A stretch of DNA of 53,887 nucleotides from a virus (taxonomy: Duplodnaviria > Caudoviricetes), in IMG/VR virus record IMGVR_UViG_3300017749_000012, positions 1 through 53,887 of that record; one strand, 5' to 3'. Under the pieces are notes generated by a model. The model did no database searches and had not been told where the DNA came from. It saw only the letters and a program-made list of their open reading frames with translations. Positions 16,976 through 26,932 of this stretch are shown in pieces. Positions within the stretch are counted from its first letter, which is position 1, and the number at the start of each line of letters is the position of its first letter. The position numbers were made by a program, and so were the translations under genes.

Positions 16976-18202
16976 ATGTGGGGGTCTGCATTGATTGAAG
17001 ATGACTTTGTCATCAAGGCCGAGCAGCCTTACCAAGAGGAGGTTGTTGAAGCCATTCGCAAGACTTACCGCTTCGCACCCAATGGTGACGGGTGGTTCGA
17101 GTCTAAGATGAATTGCACGGCAGGTCAGTTGGTTAAACGTCTGCGTAAAGCGCGACGCCATAACAAGAACAGCAGCAGTGATATCGACCTCTTCATTGAC
17201 GACGTTCGCACCATCAAGGCACTCGAAACTGAACTGACCATTCGCAATCTGTCGTGGGCTAATGGCGTGGAGCATTGCATCAAGGGCCTCGGTCTATCTG
17301 ACCGGTCACTCAAACACTTGCGGCAGTTCGGTGAGGCGAGGTCAATCTCGCTGCAGCAGGCTTGTCAATTGTGGGATAAGGCTGAGGTTACCATGAAGAT
17401 GCTTGACGAGCACGAAGATGTGTGGGGTGTTGAAGAACAACAAGCATGGGCCAATGCGATGCGTGACCGTAGCGACGCTCGTAAAATGTGGCGCACAGCG
17501 CTGTTTCATGCTGACAAACTCTCCAAGGCTGAGAGTGGATATCTTGAGTTCGTCGCTGAAGAACTGAAGAAGGGACCAATGCGTGTTAGCATTCTACAGG
17601 ACAACATGAATGAAGCAGGTTTGCTTCGCAAGTCCTTCACTACTCGAAAGTTCACGACTCTCCTCAACATGTATGGGGAAGAATTTGACATCATCAAGGG
17701 CGCAGAACGCGGCTCCTACGTTCGCGTTGCCAACGACGGTCTTGTTCTCAAGGACGTGTGGGCCTACGGTGCTGGTTTCCTTGACGCTGACGGTTACATC
17801 ACCATCACTGAGCGAGGAGAGCCTCGTGCTGGAATGATTGCTACGGGAGAGCGCGGGCGAGTCCACTGTGAAGACCTCTACAAAACGATGGACTGTGGCG
17901 TGCTGCAATTGAACAACAAAGTCCACAAGAACTCAACTCGCAGCCAACATAGGCTGCAATTCTATTCTAAGGCAGACCTTCGTAAATTCTTGACTGGTGT
18001 GATGCCTCATCTCAAAATGAAAGGCATGCAAGCAAAAGCGGTGTTGGCTTTCATTGATGAGAGCGACCCCGTGAGAAAAGAAGAATTGAAGCGTTTGGTG
18101 CGTTTCAAGAATTGGGAAGATGACTCGAAGAAGGCGTCCGAACTGCTTAACTCGTGGGGCGTCGACGCTGATACCATCGGCAAGTATGCGGAGGGTCTGT
18201 GA
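16976..18202 (+). CDS. Free-standing LAGLIDADG-domain protein with a long N-terminal helical extension
   Basis: WAYGAGFLDADGYITI motif, downstream HLKMKGMQA; no intein splice residues; GAGGT SD. Confidence 0.8.
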   Translation: MWGSALIEDDFVIKAEQPYQEEVVEAIRKTYRFAPNGDGWFESKMNCTAGQLVKRLRKARRHNKNSSSDIDLFIDDVRTIKALETELTIRNLSWANGVEHCIKGLGLSDRSLKHLRQFGEARSISLQQACQLWDKAEVTMKMLDEHEDVWGVEEQQAWANAMRDRSDARKMWRTALFHADKLSKAESGYLEFVAEELKKGPMRVSILQDNMNEAGLLRKSFTTRKFTTLLNMYGEEFDIIKGAERGSYVRVANDGLVLKDVWAYGAGFLDADGYITITERGEPRAGMIATGERGRVHCEDLYKTMDCGVLQLNNKVHKNSTRSQHRLQFYSKADLRKFLTGVMPHLKMKGMQAKAVLAFIDESDPVRKEELKRLVRFKNWEDDSKKASELLNSWGVDADTIGKYAEGL

Positions 18203-19905
18203 TGCCGGAAGAAGAGCGAGGTCCAGTCAGTCGTTTTCTCTCGGCTTTGGCGAGTCCGTTTCGCCGACGCACAACGCCTCAGCCCCAGATGCCGCTCTAC
18301 ACGACCGGCATTCAGGAACCAGTTCTCGCGCAAGGTATCACATTGCCCGCGCTCTATGCTGTGAGTCAAGAGAATCTTATTCTACGGACTGTGCAATCCA
18401 AACTCCGTCAGGAAATTTTTCGACGTGGCTATCACTGGGAGAAGAAGTTTCGAAAGAAGTGCACTGAGTGTGAAGAAGAGTTCCAGCACGACGTCGACAT
18501 GTGCAAGTCTTGCGGTGGTGAGGTGCGTGCGCCTGACCCTGAGCAGGTCATTTACCCCAAGTGGCTTCTCGGTCAGGAGAACGCTATGGAACAGACGTTC
18601 ATGCAGGTGTTGGGTGAAATTGAAAACGACCTGAACATCGTCGATGATGCATTCATGCTCCTCATCAAGGAATACTATGTTGACCCTGAGACGGGAGAAA
18701 TCGCCTTCTATCGCGTTAAGGACATCGTGCGTGGTGACCCCATTTTCATGCGCATCATCGCAGACAAGCGAGGTGTTCGCGGAGGGCGTTACAAGATTTG
18801 CCGACTCCACCGGGACCAAGTGGCTTATCCGGGTCAAGAGGGCAATTGCCAAGTCTGCGGCTCTCGCATGGTTGACGCTCATTATGTCAACATGGCGGGG
18901 AGCGGGAAGAATCAGTATTTCACCAAGGGTGAGGTCATCCATCTCAGCAAGTATAACCCTTCCAAACTCTACGGGCGAAGCCCGGTCAATACGATGTGGC
19001 GTCAAGCGATGAGCCTCACCGCTATGGACAATTACATCTACACTGCTTACCAAAAGCGTCGCACCCCTAAGGGCATCATCTCAGTTACGACGGACAACCT
19101 CGAGTCAATGAAGTCATTCTGGAAGTCCGTTGACGAGAAAATGGAGCGCGACCCACACTACGTCCCCAAGGTTGGTATCGAATCTTCTTCGGGTCGTGGT
19201 GGGGTCAACTGGGTCAAGTTCATGGACACGCTGGAAGAGATGCAATACATTGCTGTGCGTGACGAGATTCGTAACCGTATCGCTGCCTTCTATGGTGTCT
19301 CGAGCATCTTCATGATTGACAACGGTAAGTCCGGCGGGCTCAACAATGAGGGTTTGCAGATTCTTGTGACCAACCGCGCCGTTGAGTTTGGTCAGAAAGT
19401 CTACACAGACAATCTGTTCCCGCGTATGTTGCGTGAGATGGACATCACCGATTGGAAATTGACACTCTACCCCAACGAAGAAGAAGACGAAATCACTCGT
19501 CTGCGGCGCGACGAGATGGAAGTCAACCTTGCGCAGCGTATGGCAATGCTTGGCTACAAGCCGGAGTTGCTTGAAGAAGGTGACCGTGACATCCGCTTTG
19601 TCTACCGCAAACAGCCGGGAGGCGAGGAAACGGCTGGGGCGGCACAACAGATGCCCGGTCAACCTCCGATGATGGGTATGCCTCCTCAAGTTGCCGGTGG
19701 TCAGCGTCCACCAATGCCTCCATCGCAACCCGGTGGTGAGGGTATGGGCATTCGCACACCTCGTAGCCCAGCACGCCCTCAAGCACGCGCCTCAGTAGGC
19801 GCAGGCTCACCTATGTCGAGCGTTCAGCAGCGCGGCCCTCAGCCGGGATTGCCGCAGCAGAATAGTGACGCACTCTTGGACGCTCGTATGCCACGAGGGC
19901 AGTAA
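18202..19905 (+). CDS. Portal protein with two Zn-ribbon insertions and a P/Q-rich tail
   Basis: Position after terL; GEVIHLS..LYGRSPV, PKGII, IAAFYGVS portal motifs; CTEC..CKSC and CRLH..CQVC. Confidence 0.9.
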   Translation: MPEEERGPVSRFLSALASPFRRRTTPQPQMPLYTTGIQEPVLAQGITLPALYAVSQENLILRTVQSKLRQEIFRRGYHWEKKFRKKCTECEEEFQHDVDMCKSCGGEVRAPDPEQVIYPKWLLGQENAMEQTFMQVLGEIENDLNIVDDAFMLLIKEYYVDPETGEIAFYRVKDIVRGDPIFMRIIADKRGVRGGRYKICRLHRDQVAYPGQEGNCQVCGSRMVDAHYVNMAGSGKNQYFTKGEVIHLSKYNPSKLYGRSPVNTMWRQAMSLTAMDNYIYTAYQKRRTPKGIISVTTDNLESMKSFWKSVDEKMERDPHYVPKVGIESSSGRGGVNWVKFMDTLEEMQYIAVRDEIRNRIAAFYGVSSIFMIDNGKSGGLNNEGLQILVTNRAVEFGQKVYTDNLFPRMLREMDITDWKLTLYPNEEEDEITRLRRDEMEVNLAQRMAMLGYKPELLEEGDRDIRFVYRKQPGGEETAGAAQQMPGQPPMMGMPPQVAGGQRPPMPPSQPGGEGMGIRTPRSPARPQARASVGAGSPMSSVQQRGPQPGLPQQNSDALLDARMPRGQ

Positions 19906-19949
19906 TCTCTTTTAGGGCGGCATCACTACGGATAACGAGAGGGAAGAGT

Positions 19950-20303
19950 ATGGACCTACTGAAGATGGACCCAATGGCTCGGAAAATGGCACTACATAGC
20001 GAGGCTTTTGTGAAAGCACTCGAAAGCGGCGATGCAGGTGAAGCGCAAAGCCACATCAATGAGGTCATCAAGTTTGCAGGCTATCTCTCCGAAGACATTC
20101 ACAGCGCTGTTGTGAAGAGTCAACGTGAAACGGTCGACTTGAATGTCCCTAACCCCATGCTTCACAAGATGAACACGAGCGGACAGAATTTCGATGTGAG
20201 TCAGCGTGACTCGGTCCTTCCCGGCACCGTCATCGCCGCTCGCACCAATCGCAGCATGAGTGTCCACCGTGGAACGTTCGGGCGCTTTGTCCCTGATTCC
20301 TGA
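19950..20303 (+). CDS. Hypothetical head-associated protein
   Basis: Purine-rich SD; LLK|M, FVK|A and VVK|S sites; located between portal and protease. Confidence 0.7.
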   Translation: MDLLKMDPMARKMALHSEAFVKALESGDAGEAQSHINEVIKFAGYLSEDIHSAVVKSQRETVDLNVPNPMLHKMNTSGQNFDVSQRDSVLPGTVIAARTNRSMSVHRGTFGRFVPDS

Positions 20304-20312
20304 GGTGAACCT

Positions 20313-20642
20313 ATGACTGAAGACATGTCTGTAACCGAGCGTTTGATGACCACTCTCATCTCGAAGATGGAAACCATGGACACTGACCTGCAATCTCTGA
20401 AGCACGAGAACGCCATGCTTCGGAAAGCCATTCGCGACCCAGTTTCCATGCTTCGCAAAGCAGGCTTCGTTTCATCCTCCACGCCGTTGACCGATGGTGT
20501 TGAAGCCGATGCATTCCGTGCGAATGACGACGCCATCATCAAGGGACATGACAACTTCTCCAACTCTCAGATTCATCAGATGACTTGGGATGAAATTCAC
20601 GACATGGCTGCACAAGCCAAGAGCACTGAGGTGATTGCGTGA
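20313..20642 (+). CDS. Mini-scaffold-like protein (coiled coil plus C-terminal MTWDEIHDMA motif)
   Basis: GAGGTGA SD; the C-terminal motif matches MSWEEVHQLA at the end of the protease-scaffold. Confidence 0.7.
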   Translation: MTEDMSVTERLMTTLISKMETMDTDLQSLKHENAMLRKAIRDPVSMLRKAGFVSSSTPLTDGVEADAFRANDDAIIKGHDNFSNSQIHQMTWDEIHDMAAQAKSTEVIA

Positions 20643-21457
20643 GACCCATCCCATCTCCATACGGTAGAGATGCGCTGAATTTGCTGAGCAAGGCACAGCG
20701 TCTGCTTGAAAAAGCGGAAAAAATAGACATGGTTGAGCATGAGGGCAAGAAAGTCCCGTCTTTTGCCGCTGACGGCAAGGGCGCGAAGGACATGAAAGCA
20801 AAGGCCAAGTGCGACTGCAAGAAGGGCGAATCTTGTCGCGATTGCGAAAAGTGCCCTGAATGCGGCGAGGCCATGAACAAGGGCAGTTGCATGAAGATGG
20901 GTTGTGGTGCAAAAATGCAGAAGGGCGAGGATTGCCCTGAGTGTGGCGCTAAGATGGAAAAGGGCGCTTGCATGAAGATGGGGTGCGGTGCGAAAATGCA
21001 GAAATCCTTCGAGGAGGGAGCGCAACCCGGTTTCACCACATCCTTTGACTCCAAGCCTGCTGGTGTGATGTTCATGGCTGAGAGCGGTGGTCAGACACGC
21101 AACGCCTACTACACCACCAATCAATATCCCTACCACGCTGAGGATGTTACGAACAAAGGCTCCTCGTCCGAGTCAGTCAACTTTGAGACACTCGGTCAGC
21201 AGATGAACCCCCATCATGACAGTGTCCCCCGTCAAGTTGAGAATGGGTCGTTGACCAAGGCAGCCGTAGAGGCTCTTGCTGGAGCCAATGATGCAGTCGC
21301 TAAGGCAATGTGTGAACAGTGCGGTGGAAACCAATTTACTGGCTGCCGCTTCGGCTTCGGCGATGAGTGCCCCGGTCTTGAGGGCACCACTGGAGTTGGT
21401 GAGGGAGCAAGCCGCGACCGTCAGAACCCACAAGACTACATGCGCAACCAATACTGA
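20639..21457 (+). CDS. Cys-rich protein with tandem CPECG..CMKMGCGAKMQK repeats
   Basis: GAGGTGA SD then GTG; MVEHEGKKVPSFAADGKG motif; many K|A, K|G and K|S sites. Confidence 0.7.
   Translation: MRPIPSPYGRDALNLLSKAQRLLEKAEKIDMVEHEGKKVPSFAADGKGAKDMKAKAKCDCKKGESCRDCEKCPECGEAMNKGSCMKMGCGAKMQKGEDCPECGAKMEKGACMKMGCGAKMQKSFEEGAQPGFTTSFDSKPAGVMFMAESGGQTRNAYYTTNQYPYHAEDVTNKGSSSESVNFETLGQQMNPHHDSVPRQVENGSLTKAAVEALAGANDAVAKAMCEQCGGNQFTGCRFGFGDECPGLEGTTGVGEGASRDRQNPQDYMRNQY
20852..21004 (+). repeat. Two tandem copies of a 27-aa (81-bp period) Cys-rich unit
   Basis: CPECGEAMNKGSCMKMGCGAKMQK at 20852 and CPECGAKMEKGACMKMGCGAKMQK at 20933. Confidence 0.85.
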
Positions 21458-21470
21458 AGGTGGTGTGAAT

Positions 21471-24400
21471 GTGCGAGAAGAGGCCACAGATTGGTATCTG
21501 AGAGCACGTTCTGACCTTCTTAAGTCAATTCTTGACGAACTCGATTACGAGCAGTCAGCCGCCAACTTCATTCTCGCTAAGCAAAACCTTGACCACCATG
21601 GTTTTGAAGTGCTCAAGGGTCCTGATGACTTCTTGTGCGACATCGTTGCTAAGGAAGAAGTCGACAATGCTCGTAAGCGTCTGACGCTTGAAGAGTTTGA
21701 GCGATTGGCTGCCGAGGGTGAAGATGGAGAAAAGTCATCTGCTGAAGGAAAGAGCGACCGAGAGCGGCTACGAGAAAGGGGTCGAGAAAAAGACGAAGAT
21801 ACCTACCTGACCTTTGGTAGGCTTCCTGACCTTGCCCCTGACCATCATTGGAGGGGGCGTTTCCAAGAATCCAATCTACACGACTTCGTGTCGTTGTTCC
21901 CCGATGCCGAGTTTGCTCAAGGTAGTCTTTACCCCGACGACCATCACTTTCAGGCAAGGCACCATCCTCTTCGTCAGCAGAACGTCGTCAGCGGTTTGCC
22001 CGCTTATCTTGAGACGCTTAAGGCACTCTATTTGCCATCGCGCCCCGGCGCTGTTTCCTTGGCTGAACAAATCAAACGCCACGAATCTCTCCAAGAGGAC
22101 CATCACAGCAAGAAGGGGAACATGCACTTCACGGGAGTCAAGGATAAGATGAGGGGAGATACGTCTCATCATTTTGCTGGCCCGCTACACGATAGTCATC
22201 TCCACGACCTCTATCTTCACAACTTTGAGGAGTGGAAGCGCAACAACTCCAGCACAGTGGATGCTCTTGTTCAGCAATACCCCAACGCTGCCGAGCATGA
22301 TTACGCCATCGCTCAAGCCCACATGGACGATGCGATTCAAGGGTGGGTGAACACTGAGATGGGTGAAGGCGGGCGGCGAACATCTCTCGGTTGGGGAGGT
22401 TACAACCTCGGCCTTGAGTGGCTGTCGCCCGAAGACCGGGAAAACGTCGTGCAGCATCTCATGGAACGTGGGTCCACTGGAGAGGCTCACGATGTGCAGA
22501 ACATCAAATTGAGCGACGGTCGCACCATTTCAGCCGGTCGGGTGAAGCGTAACATTGCTCACCGTTTCACACCTGAGTTCCTTCATTCCATGCGTGGGCA
22601 AATCTACCCATCGCAGAACCAGAGGAAGCACGTTGAGAGTGAAAGTGACGTTGCCAACCCTCAGTCACACAATTACTCAGTTCTTCACGATGCGCTTCAT
22701 GAAACACCCCATGAGGAACACGGCACCATGGCGCAAGCCATCATCAACGCACTGAATGAAAAACACGCCGACGAAGGTGTGGTTCTATCCAACTTGAATT
22801 TTCTACGAAAGAAGGGTTTGACCGAGCAAGCCATCGGTAGCAGTGAGCCGCTTACCAACATGTTCAACGTAGAAAGTGGAGGAAGAGCAGGTATTGACGA
22901 GTCCTCACTCCATCGCCTCCTTGGTATCAAGAGGGATAAGGAAGGCAATTACTCGTTCACTGGCAAGGGACATTTTGGTGAGAGTGATGCCCCTCTTTCG
23001 CTTGATGACTTGAAAGCACTCGAGGGAGGTAAGAGCGCTGCTTTCAGCAATTTGCTGAGGCACAAGAGCGTTCGTCATGCTGATGCTTACTCTCACTTGG
23101 GTTTCAACGGCCCACATGAGGAGCACATTCCCGAAGATGAGGCTGACTTGTGGATGCGCACGCCACATGGCCCAGTCGGAAACGGTGCCATCTTCCACCT
23201 CCCATTCATTCGTGGAGGTTCAGGACGCAGCGCGTTGGCTCGTTTGGAAATTCTTCATGACTGGATGCCCAAAGATGCTGAAGGTAAGAGTTTGATTGGG
23301 AGCCTCGGTAGAGACGGTATCTTCACGCCCTCATCAAAGAATGTCGGCCTCTTTGGACGATATGTCCCACCAAGTAGGGGCTTTCGAACTCATGGTGAGG
23401 GTGACACTCACGCCCAAGCCCAGTCGTTTTGGGACGCTTCTCACCATCAGAAACGAGGAAAGACTCAGCGTTTCGCGAGTCGGAATACGAAGAACACCCC
23501 AATGATTGGACACTCGACACTTGACCCCGGCTTCGCCAACATGCTCGGCGCTCTAACCCCTGAAGAGCGGATTGACCTTCTTGGAAAGGATTTCACCGAG
23601 CGTCTCGATAGTGACCCTGCATCTTTGCACAACGCGCTTATGGCCGGTGGAGTTGATGGTGTTGAAACTCGCTATGCTCAGAATAGTCGCTTAACACACA
23701 ACGTGACCTCACGTCTTGGAAGGCTCCACCCTCCACATGAGCCCTTTGAGAAAGAGATGCTTAGGCATGACGAATTGGACTCTCCAAAAGAGAGTGTGGC
23801 GAGAGCGCGAAGCCACGACCAAGGAAACCCTCGAGCCTTCGCAATGACTCACAAATTGAGTGGGAGGAGTGTCAAAGAATTACCGGTCCGAGCAACGACT
23901 GAGTTCCTCGAAAACTTGGAAGATGCCTCAATGCAAGCCGAAAAATTGGAGGCATTGATGTCAACATACGCTGGTTCAGACGAGGGAGCGCCTGCCGAAC
24001 TGCGCGAGCGTTACTTCGCCGCACTTGAGCGTGTGAGGCACCTTGAGAGTGTAGAAGGGATGACTGAAACTGGGAAACCGGCGAAGTTCCATCACTCTAA
24101 CTTTGACAAAAAAATGAGTGGTGACCTTGAAGCCATCAAGACCATGGCCCAACGCATCAAACCTATCATGGAGAAAGTTGACCCTGAGGCGTTCGACCCG
24201 TCGAACAAGGTGAAGTTCCTTGCCAACTCCAGTCGCCTATATCATGATGCAAATCGTATGCTGATGCTAATGCCTCATGATAAACACGGCTTGACCACTT
24301 GGGGGCGGAGTCTCGACACGGAGGAGCGTGAGTCAGCCAGCGCCATCGCTTCAAAGGTGACTGGGGAAACGGTTGTCCCCCATCGCAACATCTTGAGCAG

Positions 24401-26927
24401 CATCATGAATCATGGTGCTGAATTGACGCAAGACATGACGACTGAGCAAATTATGGAAGCGCTTGGTTTTGACCATGATAAGAATGACCCTGACTATCAA
24501 GAGCACTACAAGCAGGCTGAGAAAATCCGCGCCACTGTGCCTGAATCTGGTCTTCGGGCCATGACCTCAGGCACTGCTCTTAGCACAGGTATGCAGTTTC
24601 ACCCCCGTGGTCAAGATATTTCACTTTCTCACGAACATCACACCAACCATATCAAAGCCTTCGATGAAGCATATGCTGAGAACCCAGCAGTTCAAGCCTA
24701 TCGCAGCGAGGAGAGCGAGAGGAAGAAGGGGACTCGAGAGGGAGGGCGAGGTAAGACGACAGGGTCACGACGAAAGGAGGGCGGTAGCGTTAGCGATTTC
24801 CTTAGGAATTACAGCAATAGGTTGGGAGCCTTCACTCACCTCTTTAGAGGAGGTTACCAGAATGAGGCTGGGAAATACGGCCTGACGCGTCACGCTATGG
24901 GAGAGGTCAGGGAAAGAGGTAAGGACAAGGCGAAAATCAAATCGTTGCTTCACGACATCATCACAGTCAATCCATCAGTCATCGACCCTGCGTTACTGAT
25001 GGACGCTCAAATCGACCAAAATAAGACCGATGCAAACGTCATTGGGCGTAGGCTCGGTCAGCAGATTCACCCTGCAGCCTCCCTAAAGGGAAACAACATC
25101 GGTGATTACTATGTTGCGGGCGTTATGGAGCATGGCTACAAGATGCAACCTACCGTTGGCGTTGAGTGGGACGGTAACAACATTGTCGCTGGTAGCAACA
25201 TGCCTGACGAACAATACCTGCACTCGATTCAGCGACCGATGCTCGAAGCCGTGCATGGCAAGGATGTGGTCGACAGCGCACTTAGTGGAGTTGGTCTTAT
25301 TCAGTCTCAGCCGAATGCCATCACCGCTACACCTGCGACCAACTATCAAGCAGAAAACACCAACCCCGATAGCATTGGTAAATCGTTGATGGCCTTGATG
25401 GACCCTGATGTTCTGATGAAGAATGATGGGAAGAAGCCGATGCCTATCTTACCGATGCACCGCATCTTCTCGCTGAAGGACTTCGCCTCGCTTCGCGGCT
25501 TCAGCGGAGAATGGGCTGCTTCACTGCTTCCTGAAGGAGAGCGCTTCATCGTTCGACGTAAGAGCGGGCGCGTGACAGCCTATGATTCAGAAGGTGACGT
25601 TTCACTTTCATCCGAAGATAAGACGCAGTTCAAAGCACTCACTGAGAAAAACTTCCTTGTCGATGCTGTTCGTCACGATGATGAAATTCACCTTGTGGAC
25701 ATCATCGAATACGATGACACGAATGTCGCTGACATGAGCGTCCGTGAGCGGTTGAAGGTGCTGCGAGGTCAGTTTGACAGTCATGAGCACGTCATTGTCC
25801 CCGGCCCGCACAACCTCCGCCTTACCGACAGTGAGGGTTTGCCTGACGTGATTGAGAGTCTCAAAGAATCAGGAAATCGCATCCTTCTACGCGATGCTAC
25901 GTCTACCTACATGCGTGGGGAACGACGTCATCCTAAGTGGTTCTTGCTCCGTCCCGACAAAAAGGTCAGCCTCATTGTTCTTGATGTGCGGGGTAAAGGA
26001 CCCTACACCTATCGACTGGGTGCCGGTCCACTGGATGCTGAAGGGTTCGGTAATCGAGGAGTCGAACACGAGGGGGAGTCGTTCCTTGACGTCGGCACTG
26101 TCACCAGCCCGAAACCGTTCAATGAGGGCGATGTGGTCAATGTGTCTGTGTCAGGTGTCCGCTCAAGAAAGCGGGGCGACAAGACCATCTACGATGTTAC
26201 TGCTTCCAAGGTGGCCGGTGAGAGTGACGATTCTCCAGCATCGTTGGAAACTCTGTCTCTATTGACCAAGTCACACCCTGTTATCCCTGTTCAGTTCTCA
26301 GTTGATGTTGAGAGTGACCGCCTCATTCTTTCGTTCCCTGAAGTGGACACGGTCATCTACAAGATGGAAACTAACCGACATGGGACATGGGCGCATTCAC
26401 CGAAGTCAACGCTTGGTGAACTGCAGGGTAGTGAGTATTCGTTGCTACTGGCTGAGAGCCTGCGTCCGCTGTGGTCACCTGCTGCATCGTTGATGTTGAA
26501 GGGCGTCAAGGTCGCTATCGAAAGTGAGGCTCGCAGCATGAGTGACCCGAAGCACCGTGAAGAGTCCGAGAAGGAATCTGCAGGCGTCATTGATGCGGAT
26601 GATGATGCAGCCATCATCAAACCGAAGCGCTTGGAGGTCATGACGAAGACGTTGCTTCGTATCGCTGACCTCGTAGACCGAGTTGAGAAGGAAAAGATGA
26701 CCGGCGGTCCCGGTGCACGTGGTATGGGAATCGACGTTGCTTCGGGTATCGAATCACCGCGTGGTCCTACAAGCCTGATGTCTGAAGAGTCGCTTCCTGA
26801 TTGGGATATGATTGACCGACCTACAGAGGACCCCGAGGAAGAATACCCGGCAGCGCGTAACAAGAGGCTCAAGGAAAAAACTGGAGCGCAGTCTACTTCT
26901 TATGAGGCAGAATCGGAAAATGATTGA
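21471..26927 (+). CDS. ~1,820-aa protein with a C-terminal degenerate ATP-dependent DNA ligase (adenylation plus OB-fold) region
   Basis: AGGTGGTG SD then GTG at 21471; EWAASLLPEGERF (motif I lacking K), FLVDA..IHLVDII..ERLKVL, ILLRDATSTYMRGERRHPKWFLLR, OB-fold-like VSLIVLDV..YRLGAG..DVGTV. Confidence 0.8.
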   Translation: MREEATDWYLRARSDLLKSILDELDYEQSAANFILAKQNLDHHGFEVLKGPDDFLCDIVAKEEVDNARKRLTLEEFERLAAEGEDGEKSSAEGKSDRERLRERGREKDEDTYLTFGRLPDLAPDHHWRGRFQESNLHDFVSLFPDAEFAQGSLYPDDHHFQARHHPLRQQNVVSGLPAYLETLKALYLPSRPGAVSLAEQIKRHESLQEDHHSKKGNMHFTGVKDKMRGDTSHHFAGPLHDSHLHDLYLHNFEEWKRNNSSTVDALVQQYPNAAEHDYAIAQAHMDDAIQGWVNTEMGEGGRRTSLGWGGYNLGLEWLSPEDRENVVQHLMERGSTGEAHDVQNIKLSDGRTISAGRVKRNIAHRFTPEFLHSMRGQIYPSQNQRKHVESESDVANPQSHNYSVLHDALHETPHEEHGTMAQAIINALNEKHADEGVVLSNLNFLRKKGLTEQAIGSSEPLTNMFNVESGGRAGIDESSLHRLLGIKRDKEGNYSFTGKGHFGESDAPLSLDDLKALEGGKSAAFSNLLRHKSVRHADAYSHLGFNGPHEEHIPEDEADLWMRTPHGPVGNGAIFHLPFIRGGSGRSALARLEILHDWMPKDAEGKSLIGSLGRDGIFTPSSKNVGLFGRYVPPSRGFRTHGEGDTHAQAQSFWDASHHQKRGKTQRFASRNTKNTPMIGHSTLDPGFANMLGALTPEERIDLLGKDFTERLDSDPASLHNALMAGGVDGVETRYAQNSRLTHNVTSRLGRLHPPHEPFEKEMLRHDELDSPKESVARARSHDQGNPRAFAMTHKLSGRSVKELPVRATTEFLENLEDASMQAEKLEALMSTYAGSDEGAPAELRERYFAALERVRHLESVEGMTETGKPAKFHHSNFDKKMSGDLEAIKTMAQRIKPIMEKVDPEAFDPSNKVKFLANSSRLYHDANRMLMLMPHDKHGLTTWGRSLDTEERESASAIASKVTGETVVPHRNILSSIMNHGAELTQDMTTEQIMEALGFDHDKNDPDYQEHYKQAEKIRATVPESGLRAMTSGTALSTGMQFHPRGQDISLSHEHHTNHIKAFDEAYAENPAVQAYRSEESERKKGTREGGRGKTTGSRRKEGGSVSDFLRNYSNRLGAFTHLFRGGYQNEAGKYGLTRHAMGEVRERGKDKAKIKSLLHDIITVNPSVIDPALLMDAQIDQNKTDANVIGRRLGQQIHPAASLKGNNIGDYYVAGVMEHGYKMQPTVGVEWDGNNIVAGSNMPDEQYLHSIQRPMLEAVHGKDVVDSALSGVGLIQSQPNAITATPATNYQAENTNPDSIGKSLMALMDPDVLMKNDGKKPMPILPMHRIFSLKDFASLRGFSGEWAASLLPEGERFIVRRKSGRVTAYDSEGDVSLSSEDKTQFKALTEKNFLVDAVRHDDEIHLVDIIEYDDTNVADMSVRERLKVLRGQFDSHEHVIVPGPHNLRLTDSEGLPDVIESLKESGNRILLRDATSTYMRGERRHPKWFLLRPDKKVSLIVLDVRGKGPYTYRLGAGPLDAEGFGNRGVEHEGESFLDVGTVTSPKPFNEGDVVNVSVSGVRSRKRGDKTIYDVTASKVAGESDDSPASLETLSLLTKSHPVIPVQFSVDVESDRLILSFPEVDTVIYKMETNRHGTWAHSPKSTLGELQGSEYSLLLAESLRPLWSPAASLMLKGVKVAIESEARSMSDPKHREESEKESAGVIDADDDAAIIKPKRLEVMTKTLLRIADLVDRVEKEKMTGGPGARGMGIDVASGIESPRGPTSLMSEESLPDWDMIDRPTEDPEEEYPAARNKRLKEKTGAQSTSYEAESEND

Positions 26928-26932
26928 TGCCG

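Noticed and set aside
17750-18202. LAGLIDADG domain as part of an intein or group I intron
   Set aside because: No Cys/Ser start or HN end splice motifs, and the flanking terL and portal genes are intact.
21276-21470. N-terminal extension of the 1883-aa ORF
   Set aside because: Overlaps 20639..21457; the SD and GTG at 21471 give a better start.
21471-26927. Functional replicative DNA ligase or virion RNA polymerase
   Set aside because: The ligase catalytic Lys is absent, and I could not identify RNA polymerase catalytic motifs by eye.
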